Shown here piece after piece: positions 28,511 to 36,322 of a stretch of DNA of 64,000 nt. Position numbers and translations under genes: made by a program. Source of the DNA: Gemmatimonadota bacterium (GTDB taxonomy: Bacteria > Gemmatimonadota > Gemmatimonadetes > Gemmatimonadales > GWC2-71-9); NCBI GenBank assembly GCA_003222195.1, contig QHVB01000033.1:2808-66807 (forward strand), written 5' to 3'. Each line of letters opens with the position of its first letter. Position 1 is the stretch's first letter. The notes under the pieces were generated by a model. The model made no database searches. It was not told the DNA's origin and saw only the letters and a program-made list of their open reading frames with translations.

Positions 28511-29238
28511 TACTGGGTGGCCGCTACTGCGCCCTTCGTGAGCTCGGCCAACCGCACTTTCGCCTCGGTCGCCGCTGTCTCTTTGGGGAATTCGTTCACG
28601 ATGCGGCGGTATGCTGCAGTGGCTCGGGCGGTGTCAGCCGCGCTCGTCCACGCGCGCCCGGCGTCGGCGAGGAGCTGCGCCTTCAGGAAATCCAGCGCGG
28701 CGGCTGCCGACCCCTTCTCGTATGCGTCCCCTGCCTCCCGTGTGCGCCCCATGTTCTCGAAAGCGTTTCCCAGCAGGCTGTAGGCCTGGGCCCGGAAGGC
28801 CCGCCCCGCTCCCGGAGCGTAGTCTTTGAGGACCGCAACGGCCTGCTGCGGCTGCCCCTGCAACAGCCGCACGTTGGCGAGCAATAACCGGCCTTCTTGG
28901 GCCGAGTTGGTCCCCGAGTAGTCCTCGATCACCTTGGCCAGCTCGCTGGCCGCGAGTGGCAGGTTTTGATTGTCGAACGCGAAACGTGCGCCCGCCAGGT
29001 TACGGCTCGCGATCTCCTCGGCTCGCCGCTTCGTCGACAGGGTCCAGGTGAACAGCAGCGCGCCCACAACCAGCACCGTACCGGCCCACGACGTGAGGCG
29101 GCGATGCCCTTGGATCCACGCGCCAACGCGATCGGACAAAGCAGGTTTCCGAATGCCTGGGGCTGCGGCCGCCGCGGTCGCGGTCGTCGCGAGGTTCGTC
29201 GGTTTTCCAGTGACGCCGGTGCGAGTTGCGGTTGCCAT
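28510..29238 (-). CDS. Membrane-anchored TPR-like protein (YfgM-like architecture)
   Basis: ATG 29238 is preceded by GAAGGAG. There is one TM segment (WAGTVLVVGALLFTWTL) followed by TPR-like helices. Confidence 0.6.
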   Translation of the reverse strand: MATATRTGVTGKPTNLATTATAAAAAPGIRKPALSDRVGAWIQGHRRLTSWAGTVLVVGALLFTWTLSTKRRAEEIASRNLAGARFAFDNQNLPLAASELAKVIEDYSGTNSAQEGRLLLANVRLLQGQPQQAVAVLKDYAPGAGRAFRAQAYSLLGNAFENMGRTREAGDAYEKGSAAAALDFLKAQLLADAGRAWTSAADTARATAAYRRIVNEFPKETAATEAKVRLAELTKGAVAATQ

Positions 29239-29252
29239 CGGCTCCTTCGGAG

Positions 29253-29298
29253 AATGTTCAATGTTCAATGTTCAATGATCATTCGACAATTGATCATT
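29253..29298. repeat. AT-rich tandem heptamers (AATGTTC x3) followed by two TGATCA-centred palindromes; probable promoter/operator of the downstream minus-strand gene
   Basis: AATGTTC occurs at 29253, 29260 and 29267. The perfect palindrome AATGATCATT is at 29274-29283, and AATTGATCATT is at 29288-29298. On the coding strand the heptamers read TTGAACA x3, which is -35-like. Confidence 0.5.
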
Positions 29299-29317
29299 GG
29301 ACATTCGTATGTCGCAG

Positions 29318-29391
29318 TGCCCCTGGGGTGACTCGAACACCCGGCCAACGGTTTAGGAAACCGCTGCTCTATCCACCTGAGCTACAGGGGC
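29318..29391 (-). tRNA. tRNA-Arg (anticodon CCT)
   Basis: The minus-strand sequence GCCCCTGTAGCTCAGGTGGATAGAGCAGCGGTTTCCTAAACCGTTGGCCGGGTGTTCGAGTCACCCCAGGGGCA folds as a cloverleaf. The anticodon loop is TTCCTAA. CCA is not encoded. Confidence 0.93.
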
Positions 29392-29429
29392 TCGTCCGGG
29401 GGGGGCGTAAACGACCAAATCTACGCGAG

Positions 29430-29972
29430 TTAGGCGTAGTGCAGCAAGGCCTCGACGCGTCTTCCTTGCAGGCGCTGCCGCCCCTTCAGAAAGTCCAGCT
29501 CGATCAGAAAACTGAATCCGGCGACCGCCGCACCGGTGCCCCCCACCAGCTGCGCCGCCGCGTTGGCCGTGCCCCCCGTAGCCAACACGTCGTCTACAAT
29601 GAGCACTCGGTCCCCCGGCTGGACGGCATCATAGTGCATCTCGAGGGCATCGGTGCCGTACTCCAAGGCGTATTCGATCCGCTGCGTGGCCGCGGGGAGC
29701 TTCCCCGGCTTTCGGATCGGCACTAGCCCTGCCCCGAGCTCGAGCGCGATCGGCGCTCCGAACAGGAAACCGCGCGATTCGATCGAGACCACACGCGTGA
29801 CGCGCGCGTCGCGGTAGGGCTCCGCCATGAGTTGAACCGTCTGCGCGAACAGCTTGACATCGAGCAGCACCGGCGTCACGTCTTTGAAGACGATCCCCGG
29901 CTTGGGAAAGTTGTTGACGTCGCGAATCGTGCGCCTGAGCTCGTCGACCAGCGTCGATTTATCTGATATCAA
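29430..29972 (-). CDS. apt: Adenine phosphoribosyltransferase
   Basis: TTG 29972 is preceded by GAGG. Features are FPKPGIVFKDVTPVL and the PRPP motif VLIVDDVLATGGT. 180 aa. Confidence 0.9.
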   Translation of the reverse strand: MISDKSTLVDELRRTIRDVNNFPKPGIVFKDVTPVLLDVKLFAQTVQLMAEPYRDARVTRVVSIESRGFLFGAPIALELGAGLVPIRKPGKLPAATQRIEYALEYGTDALEMHYDAVQPGDRVLIVDDVLATGGTANAAAQLVGGTGAAVAGFSFLIELDFLKGRQRLQGRRVEALLHYA

Positions 29973-30231
29973 AGGACCTCGGAATATCCAGTTCACCTGG
30001 AACTTGAACTTGCTGGATGTCGTCGACGCGCGCGTGCGAGGGACCGCGCCGCAGCCGCTCCTCGAGCTGCTCGAGTGCCGCCTCAGGTCCCTGAGAAACG
30101 ACTTCAACCGATCCATCCGGGAGGTTGCACGCGAAGCCGCCGAGCTGGAGCCGCTGCGCCTCGCGCATGACAAACCACCTGAACCCCACTCCCTGAACCC
30201 GCCCTCGGATGATCCAGCAGCGGAGGCTCAC
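29959..30231 (-). CDS. acyP: Acylphosphatase
   Basis: 90 aa. Carries the GRVQGVGFR signature. GTGA overlap with the upstream DedA gene. Confidence 0.85.
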   Translation of the reverse strand: MSLRCWIIRGRVQGVGFRWFVMREAQRLQLGGFACNLPDGSVEVVSQGPEAALEQLEERLRRGPSHARVDDIQQVQVPGELDIPRSFDIR

Positions 30232-30833
30232 TTGCGACGTCGCACGTAAATGAGAATCGCCACCAGACTGAGCGGTATCAGCGCCAGCAGCGCCCAGGTG
30301 GCGTAACGATGGATCTCCTCGCTCTGCAGCACGCCTTCATGCTGGCCGAGGAAGTAGCCGATCCACGTGAGAATCGCACACCACACGGCGGCGCCGGCGG
30401 CCGTGTACGCGATGAACTTCGGTAACGGCATGCGATGCAGCCCCGCCGGGATCGAAATCAGGTGCCGGATCACGGGGAACAGCCGGCCAATCAAGGTGCT
30501 GATTTCGCCGTGCTGCGCGAAGAATCTCTCGGAGCGCAGCAAATTCTTCTCAGTGAGCAGCACGTATCGGCCATACCGCTGGATCAGCGGCCGGCCGATC
30601 AGCTGTGCGCCGTAATAATTCGCCAGCGCGCCGATGACGCTCCCCACGACACCGCAGAGCAGGGCCAGCGGGAAGCTCATCTGGCCCTTGGCGGCCCAAT
30701 ACCCCACCGGCGGCATGACCAACTCACTCGGCACCGGCAGAATCGACGACTCCATTGCCATGAGCGCAATGATGCCGGGATATCCGAGATCGAGCAGCGT
30801 GTGAAGCAGCCACTCGATGAACCGCTCAAGCAT
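30228..30833 (-). CDS. DedA family membrane protein (second paralog in the window)
   Basis: ATG 30833. Features are MESSILPVPSELVMPPVGY and the GRLFPVIRHLISIPAG motif. Confidence 0.8.
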   Translation of the reverse strand: MLERFIEWLLHTLLDLGYPGIIALMAMESSILPVPSELVMPPVGYWAAKGQMSFPLALLCGVVGSVIGALANYYGAQLIGRPLIQRYGRYVLLTEKNLLRSERFFAQHGEISTLIGRLFPVIRHLISIPAGLHRMPLPKFIAYTAAGAAVWCAILTWIGYFLGQHEGVLQSEEIHRYATWALLALIPLSLVAILIYVRRRK

Positions 30834-31485
30834 CGAAGCCGTGCTCGCCGACCAGCGGGACAAAGCGGGCCTCGCCAATCGGCGACGTGCGGATTCCTTC
30901 GGCGGTCCGGCGCACCAACGTCAACGTCTGAGCGCCTTTGGCGCCTAAGGGGATGACCATGCGGCCGCCGGACGCGAGCTGCTCGGCGAGCGGCGGGGGA
31001 ATCTCGGGACCTCCGGCAGCCACCAGAATCGCGTGGTATGGGGCGTAGGCGCTCCATCCCAGTGTGCCGTCGCCAACCAACACCGACACGTTGGTGATAC
31101 CTGCGGCGCGCAGCGCCGCTTGGGCGGCTTCGGCGAGCGGGCGCATGCGCTCGATCGTGAAAACTTGATCGGCGAGCGCGGCCAGCAACGCCGTCTGGTA
31201 CCCCGACCCGGTGCCGATCTCGAGCACGCGCTCCCTGCCCGAGAGGCCGAGGGCCTCCAGGTAGCGGGCCTGCGTAAAGGGCTGCGAAATCGTCTGCCCA
31301 ACACCGATCGGCAGCGCGGCGTCCTCGTAGGCGCGATGCCGTACCGCCTCGGGTACGAACAGGTGACGAGGCGTTGCCGCAAAGGCGCGGAGCACGGCGA
31401 GGTCACGAATACCCTGAGCGCGCAGCTGCTCCACGAGCCGGGCGCGATAGCCGCCATAGGTGTCACGGCTCGCTCCCTCGGTCAC
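30826..31485 (-). CDS. pcm: Protein-L-isoaspartate O-methyltransferase
   Basis: GTG 31485 lies in a GTGA overlap with surE. Features are QTISQPF, VLEIGTGSGYQTA and GGRMVIP. Confidence 0.9.
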   Translation of the reverse strand: MTEGASRDTYGGYRARLVEQLRAQGIRDLAVLRAFAATPRHLFVPEAVRHRAYEDAALPIGVGQTISQPFTQARYLEALGLSGRERVLEIGTGSGYQTALLAALADQVFTIERMRPLAEAAQAALRAAGITNVSVLVGDGTLGWSAYAPYHAILVAAGGPEIPPPLAEQLASGGRMVIPLGAKGAQTLTLVRRTAEGIRTSPIGEARFVPLVGEHGFDA

Positions 31486-32255
31486 TTGCCCAGGTCCCAC
31501 TTCCCGACGACTTCGAGCAGCTTGTAGTTCGTCAGGTCGACGTGCAGCGGCGTGACGGAGATGTACCCGTCCTTGACTGCCTGGAAGTCCGAGTCGGAGC
31601 CACCCGACCAGGTGACGCGTCCCCCACCGATCCAAAAGACTTCCCGTCCCCACGGGTCTTTCATCGTCGCGATCTCTTCGTGAAAGACTCGGCTCCCCAG
31701 ATTCGTCACCTTCACACCTTTCACTTGATCGCCCGGGATCGGCGGGAGGTTGATGTTGAGCAGCGTCTCCCCCGGAAAATTCTCGACGCGCACGATGCGC
31801 TGGATGAGGCGCTCGAGCCCGGTGCGGTGGCTCTCGAGATGCTCGAGGTCGAAACTGCCGTAGGAGATCGCGATGCTGGGGACGCCGGCGGCCAATCCCT
31901 CCATCGCCGCCGAGACGGTGCCCGAATAGAGCACGTCCTCGCCCATGTTCGGACCGTGGTTCACGCCCGACATCACCCAATTCGGGCCGTCAGGCATGAG
32001 CGCGCCGAGCGCCAGCAGCACGCAGTCGGTGGGCGTGCCGTCGACTTGAAACGCCCCGTCGGATCGCCGATGGGCGCGCAGCGGCCGGTGCAGCGTGAGA
32101 GAATGCGATGTCCCGCTTTGCTCGCGGTCGGGAGCGACGACGGTAACCTGCCCCACCGTGGAACAGACATCGGCGAGCAGCGCGATCCCCGGCGCCAGCA
32201 CGCCGTCATCGTTGGAGACGAGGATCCGCAAGCCGGGCTTCCCGGGTGCCGTCAC
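31482..32255 (-). CDS. surE: 5'/3'-nucleotidase SurE
   Basis: GTG 32255 lies in a GTGA overlap with the upstream GT2. Features are ILVSNDDGVLAPGI and the GTPTDCV motif. Confidence 0.9.
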   Translation of the reverse strand: MTAPGKPGLRILVSNDDGVLAPGIALLADVCSTVGQVTVVAPDREQSGTSHSLTLHRPLRAHRRSDGAFQVDGTPTDCVLLALGALMPDGPNWVMSGVNHGPNMGEDVLYSGTVSAAMEGLAAGVPSIAISYGSFDLEHLESHRTGLERLIQRIVRVENFPGETLLNINLPPIPGDQVKGVKVTNLGSRVFHEEIATMKDPWGREVFWIGGGRVTWSGGSDSDFQAVKDGYISVTPLHVDLTNYKLLEVVGKWDLGK

Positions 32256-32923
32256 GTCGCTCCCGCTACGATCCGGCCGGCATGGCGCGCGAATGCGCGC
32301 GCCATGCGCCAGGTATCGCTCCACCCCCGGAAATGACTGTGCGATCCATAGATCGTCGGCACCTCGACCGAGGCCACCCGGTAGCCCGCTTGCAGCGCGT
32401 CGAGCAGGAAGTTCGCCTCGTATTCGTAGCGATCCCCTGCCGGCTGCACCTGCTGCGCCACGTCACGCGTAAAGGCTCGAAACCCGGTTTGCGCATCCCG
32501 GACCTGCTGGCCACTGATGCGCGACGCCAGCGTTGCCGAAAGCCAGTTGGTGAAGCGGCGAGACAGAGGCATGACGCGGTCACGCTTGCGCGCGCCTAAC
32601 ACGAGATCGGCTCGTCCTTCCTGGATCGGGTGCAGCAGTCGTGGAATCTCCTCGGGGGGGTGCTGGCCATCGGCATCAATGGTAACCAGAACCGACGCGC
32701 CGCGCGCAAGCGCCTCGCGCACGCCGTCGCGGAGCGCCGCGCCTTTGCCGCAGTTCTGGTCATGAGCAATCGCGACATCGCCGGCTGAGGCTCGTGTGCC
32801 ATCAGTCGAGCCGTCGTCCACGACAATGATCTCCGCCGCGGACACGGTCGCGTGAGTGCGGGAAATGATATCGCGAATCGTTGCTGCTGCCTGGAATGCG
32901 GGAATGATAACCGCGACCCGCAC
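32252..32923 (-). CDS. GT2 glycosyltransferase (soluble, 223 aa)
   Basis: Features are VIIPAFQAA, VVDDGSTDGT and IDADGQHPPEEI. Confidence 0.8.
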   Translation of the reverse strand: MRVAVIIPAFQAAATIRDIISRTHATVSAAEIIVVDDGSTDGTRASAGDVAIAHDQNCGKGAALRDGVREALARGASVLVTIDADGQHPPEEIPRLLHPIQEGRADLVLGARKRDRVMPLSRRFTNWLSATLASRISGQQVRDAQTGFRAFTRDVAQQVQPAGDRYEYEANFLLDALQAGYRVASVEVPTIYGSHSHFRGWSDTWRMARAFARHAGRIVAGAT

Positions 32924-32924
32924 G

Positions 32925-33287
32925 TCAACTCCCTTCGAGAATGCCGAGCACCGATTTGAGCTCGGCGCGGAGCTCCTTGACCGTTTCGGTGGCGAGGGCC
33001 CGCCGCGCTTCGGGCTTGAGCTCGCCCGAGCGGCGATACTGCTCGATCTTCTGCCGCGCGCCTTCGATCGTGTATTTCTCGGTGTACAGCAGATGCTTGA
33101 CGAGCATGATCAGCTCGATCTCGCGCCGCTGGTAGACACGATTGCCCGAGCGGTTCTTGGCGGGATTCAGGAAGCGGAACTGACTCTCCCAGTACCGGAG
33201 CACATGCGGCTTGAGATCGGTGAGCTGGCAGACCTCCCCGATCGAGAAGAACTCTTGAACGGGCTGGGCGGGCGTGCCGCTGCTCAT
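32925..33287 (-). CDS. MerR family transcriptional regulator
   Basis: The N-terminal HTH is FSIGEVCQLTDLKPHVLRYWE, followed by a coiled-coil tail. Confidence 0.8.
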   Translation of the reverse strand: MSSGTPAQPVQEFFSIGEVCQLTDLKPHVLRYWESQFRFLNPAKNRSGNRVYQRREIELIMLVKHLLYTEKYTIEGARQKIEQYRRSGELKPEARRALATETVKELRAELKSVLGILEGS

Positions 33288-34282
33288 CGGCTCTCCGCCT
33301 TCAGCTCGCGTTCCATCAAGTCGCTCACGGCTTGGCGCGGCGGCTTGTTGTGAAACAGCACGTTGGCAACTTCGCAGGCGATCGGCAGCTCAACGCCGTG
33401 GCGCTCACCCAGCGCGACAGCCGTCCGAGTCGTGTTGACCCCCTCCACGACGGCCGGCTTCCCCGCGAGCGCCTGCTCCAGCGTCTTGCCCTGCCCCAGC
33501 GCCACCCCCAGGGTGCGGTTGCGCGACAACGCGCCGGTCGCGGTGAGAATGAGGTCTCCCATTCCCGCCAGACCCGCGAAGGTGAGGGGCTGCGCGCCCA
33601 GCTTCACGCCGAGGCGCGTCATCTCCGCGAGCCCGCGCGTGATCAGCGCGGCCCGGGTATTGAAGCCGAGCCCCAGCCCTTCGAGGATCCCGGCCGCGAG
33701 CGCAATCACGTTTTTCAGTGCGCCGGCCAGCTCGACGCCGACGACGTCGGTGTGCGAGTACACGCGAAAGTAGCTGGTCGAGAACACGCGCTGGGCGCGT
33801 TGGGCAACGCTGTGATCGGTGGCGGCGGCGACGACCGCGGTCGGCTGTTGTTGGAACACTTCCCACGCGAACGACGGTCCGGAGAGCACGGCGACCGGTA
33901 CGTCGGGCGGTAAGACCTCGGCCAGGACGCAGGACGGCCGCTCGAGCCGATCCGGATCGAGCCCCTTGGACGCGCTGACGACGAGCGGCCGCGCCCCACC
34001 GAGCGCCGCCGCAGCTTGAAGCATCACGGGCCGCACCGCGTGCGACGGCGCCACCGAAACCACCGTTTCGGCACCGCGAATGGCGACGGCCAGGTCCGCC
34101 TCCGCACGGAGCGACGACGCCAGCGAGCCACCGGGGAGAAACATTTCGTTGACGTGCCGGTGGTTCACGCTTTCGACGACTTCGCTTTCCCGGGCCCAGA
34201 GCGTGACCTGTTCGCCCTTGCGCGCGAGTAGATCCGCCAGCGCCGTCCCCCATGCTCCGCCACCCACGACCGCGATTTTCAT
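33284..34282 (-). CDS. gpsA: NAD(P)H-dependent glycerol-3-phosphate dehydrogenase
   Basis: ATG 34282 gives MKIAVVGGGAWGTALA. GALKNVIA and SRNRTLG motifs are present. Confidence 0.93.
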   Translation of the reverse strand: MKIAVVGGGAWGTALADLLARKGEQVTLWARESEVVESVNHRHVNEMFLPGGSLASSLRAEADLAVAIRGAETVVSVAPSHAVRPVMLQAAAALGGARPLVVSASKGLDPDRLERPSCVLAEVLPPDVPVAVLSGPSFAWEVFQQQPTAVVAAATDHSVAQRAQRVFSTSYFRVYSHTDVVGVELAGALKNVIALAAGILEGLGLGFNTRAALITRGLAEMTRLGVKLGAQPLTFAGLAGMGDLILTATGALSRNRTLGVALGQGKTLEQALAGKPAVVEGVNTTRTAVALGERHGVELPIACEVANVLFHNKPPRQAVSDLMERELKAESR

Positions 34283-34914
34283 TGGTCGGACGGTCGCACG
34301 GTCGGACCGCCGGACGGTCGGGTACGAAACCGATTTTCGGTGCCCGCAATGAGCCGGCTGATGTTCCGACGGTGAGCGAAAATGATCAAGGCGACGAGCG
34401 CGACACTCGCCCAGAACGTGTACGGCGAACCCGGCTGCAAGAGGGAAATCCAAACCGGCACCGTCAGCACGGCGACGATCGAGCTGAGCGATACGTAGCC
34501 CGTCAGCCAGAGGCAGAATCCCCACACCAGAATGGCGAGCAGCACGGCGACGGGGGCGAGCGCCAGAAACAGCCCCGCGGCTGTCGCGACGCCTTTCCCA
34601 CCCTTGAAGCTCACATAGGGCGAGAACATGTGGCCGAGGACCGCGGCGCCGCCCAGGACGACCGGGAGCCACGGGTGTTCCGCCGCGCCGGCCCACGTGG
34701 CGAAGAAGAGCACGGGAATCGCTCCCTTGGCGATATCGACGAGCGCGACGGGTATCGCGTACTTCCAACCGAGAATCCGGTAGACGTTGGTGGCGCCCAG
34801 ATTCCTGGAGCCGTGCTCGCGCAGGTCGATCCCCCGCCCCACCCGGCCGGCGATGTAGCTCGTCGGCGTCGCGCCGAGGAGGTAGGAGGCCAGAATCGCG
34901 AGGACGATACTCAG
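34279..34914 (-). CDS. plsY: Glycerol-3-phosphate acyltransferase PlsY
   Basis: GSRNLGATNVYR and SFKGGKGVAT motifs are present. The family-typical N-terminus (SIVLAILASYLLG) begins at CTG 34914, in a CTGA overlap with the der stop. The only canonical start is ATG 34971, which overlaps der by 61 nt. Confidence 0.82.
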   Translation of the reverse strand: MSIVLAILASYLLGATPTSYIAGRVGRGIDLREHGSRNLGATNVYRILGWKYAIPVALVDIAKGAIPVLFFATWAGAAEHPWLPVVLGGAAVLGHMFSPYVSFKGGKGVATAAGLFLALAPVAVLLAILVWGFCLWLTGYVSLSSIVAVLTVPVWISLLQPGSPYTFWASVALVALIIFAHRRNISRLIAGTENRFRTRPSGGPTVRPSDQ

Positions 34915-36233
34915 CGACGGCCTCGTTTGCGCCGAAACTTGATCGTCAGTGGCGCACCAGTGAACTCCCACGCTTCGCGGAAGCCGTTGTGCAGGTAGCG
35001 GCTGTAGGACTCGGGAATCGCCTCGGGACGATTCGCCACGACCGCGAACCGCGGTGGCGCGGTGCCCACCTGCGTCGCGTAGAACAGCCGCACCGACTCG
35101 CCCACGGGTTGCGGTGGCTGTTGTCGCGCGAGCAGCTCCTCCAGTACGCGATTCACCTCGGCGGTAGGGACGCGTTTCTCCCGTTCATCGGCGACCGCCA
35201 CGATCGCGTCCAGCAGCTTGTTGACCCGCTGCCCCGTCTTGGCCGAGACGTAGAAGAACGGAATGAACTCGAGGAACGGCGCGCGCGCCTTGATGTCCCG
35301 CTCGCCGTCGCGCGCCGTGTTGGTCTCCTTCTCCTCGATCAGGTCCCATTTGTTCACCACGACGATCACGGCCGCGCCGCGTTCCCACGCTTCGTTCGCG
35401 ATCTTCAGGTCCTGGGCATGCATGCCGTCCTTCGCATCCACGACCAGCAGGCAGACGTCGGCGCGCTCCATCGCGCGCGTGGTCCGGAGTGTCGAGTAGA
35501 ACTCCAGGTCCTCTTCGACCTTGCTCCGCTTGCGGAGTCCCGCCGTGTCGATGAACACGAGCGTGCGGCCCTGGTATTCGAACGGCGTATCGATGGCATC
35601 GCGCGTCGTCCCCGGCTCGGCGGCAACGACCAGCCGGTCCTGGCCCAACAGCTTGTTCACGAGGCTCGACTTGCCGACGTTGGGCCGGCCGACGACGGCC
35701 ACAGCGATCGACTCCGCCTCGTCAGCGGCTGGCGTGTCGGGCAAGAGGGACACGAGCTGGTCGAGCAAGTCGCCGCTGCTCTTCCCCACCGCGGCTGACA
35801 CGGGGAACGGATCACCCAAGCCAAGCTCGTAGAACGAGAGGTGGCGGGTTTCGTCCGGGAGGTTGTCGGCCTTGTTAACCACGAGGATCAATGGGCGTTT
35901 CACCTTGCGGAGGTACTGCGCGATCTCGAGGTCCATCGGGTGGATGCCCGATTCCACGTCCACCACGAACAACAGCACGTCGCTGTCCGCGACCGCCTGC
36001 TCCACCTGCGAGCGAATCGCGCGGTTCATCGGATCTGCCGATCCGGGGACCAGACCGCCGGTATCGACCAGCCAGAAGCGGCGGCCGTTCCATTCCGCGG
36101 GGGCGAAATGACGGTCGCGTGTCACGCCCGGCTGGGCGTCCACGATCGCCTGGCGCCGCCCGATGATGCGGTTGAAGAGCGTGGACTTGCCGACGTTGGG
36201 GCGGCCGATGATGGCAACGGTCGGGATGCTCAT
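34911..36233 (-). CDS. der: Ribosome-associated GTPase Der/EngA (tandem GTPase domains + KH-like)
   Basis: There are two G1 motifs (GRPNVGKST, GRPNVGKSS) and NKAD/NKWD G4 motifs. Confidence 0.95.
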   Translation of the reverse strand: MSIPTVAIIGRPNVGKSTLFNRIIGRRQAIVDAQPGVTRDRHFAPAEWNGRRFWLVDTGGLVPGSADPMNRAIRSQVEQAVADSDVLLFVVDVESGIHPMDLEIAQYLRKVKRPLILVVNKADNLPDETRHLSFYELGLGDPFPVSAAVGKSSGDLLDQLVSLLPDTPAADEAESIAVAVVGRPNVGKSSLVNKLLGQDRLVVAAEPGTTRDAIDTPFEYQGRTLVFIDTAGLRKRSKVEEDLEFYSTLRTTRAMERADVCLLVVDAKDGMHAQDLKIANEAWERGAAVIVVVNKWDLIEEKETNTARDGERDIKARAPFLEFIPFFYVSAKTGQRVNKLLDAIVAVADEREKRVPTAEVNRVLEELLARQQPPQPVGESVRLFYATQVGTAPPRFAVVANRPEAIPESYSRYLHNGFREAWEFTGAPLTIKFRRKRGRR

Positions 36234-36238
36234 GGCCC

Positions 36239-36322
36239 GTTCACACCCTGAAGGGTGTGCTCGGCCAACATTGTCCTTAAGGACAATGCCTGCCGAGCAC
36301 AGGCTTTAGCCCGTGAATTCCT
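36239..36322. repeat. Copy 2 of the ~85-bp three-hairpin repeat element (intergenic, between the DUF512 gene stop and the der start)
   Basis: Sequence is GTTCACACCCTGAAGGGTGTGCTCGGCCAACATTGTCCTTAAGGACAATGCCTGCCGAGCACAGGCTTTAGCCCGTGAATTCCT. The inner hairpin CATTGTCC-TTAA-GGACAATG is perfect. Confidence 0.85.

Noticed and set aside
28481-28513. TATACGAAGTTAC matches a loxP arm (TATACGAAGTTAT) at 12/13, raising the possibility of an engineered lox site or a Cre-like target.
   Set aside because: The opposite arm is diverged (AACTTAACATA versus AACTTCGTATA), and lox-style 13-nt arms would leave a 9-nt spacer rather than 8. The sequence fits XerC/D dif arms better. Tyrosine-recombinase sites resemble each other generally. 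There is no vector-like sequence nearby.
29239-29268. An upstream ATG at 29268 (MNIEHSPKEP...) is an alternative start of the TPR-anchor gene.
   Set aside because: That ATG lies inside the tandem heptamer repeat and has no Shine-Dalgarno sequence. ATG 29238 is preceded by GAAGGAG at ideal spacing.
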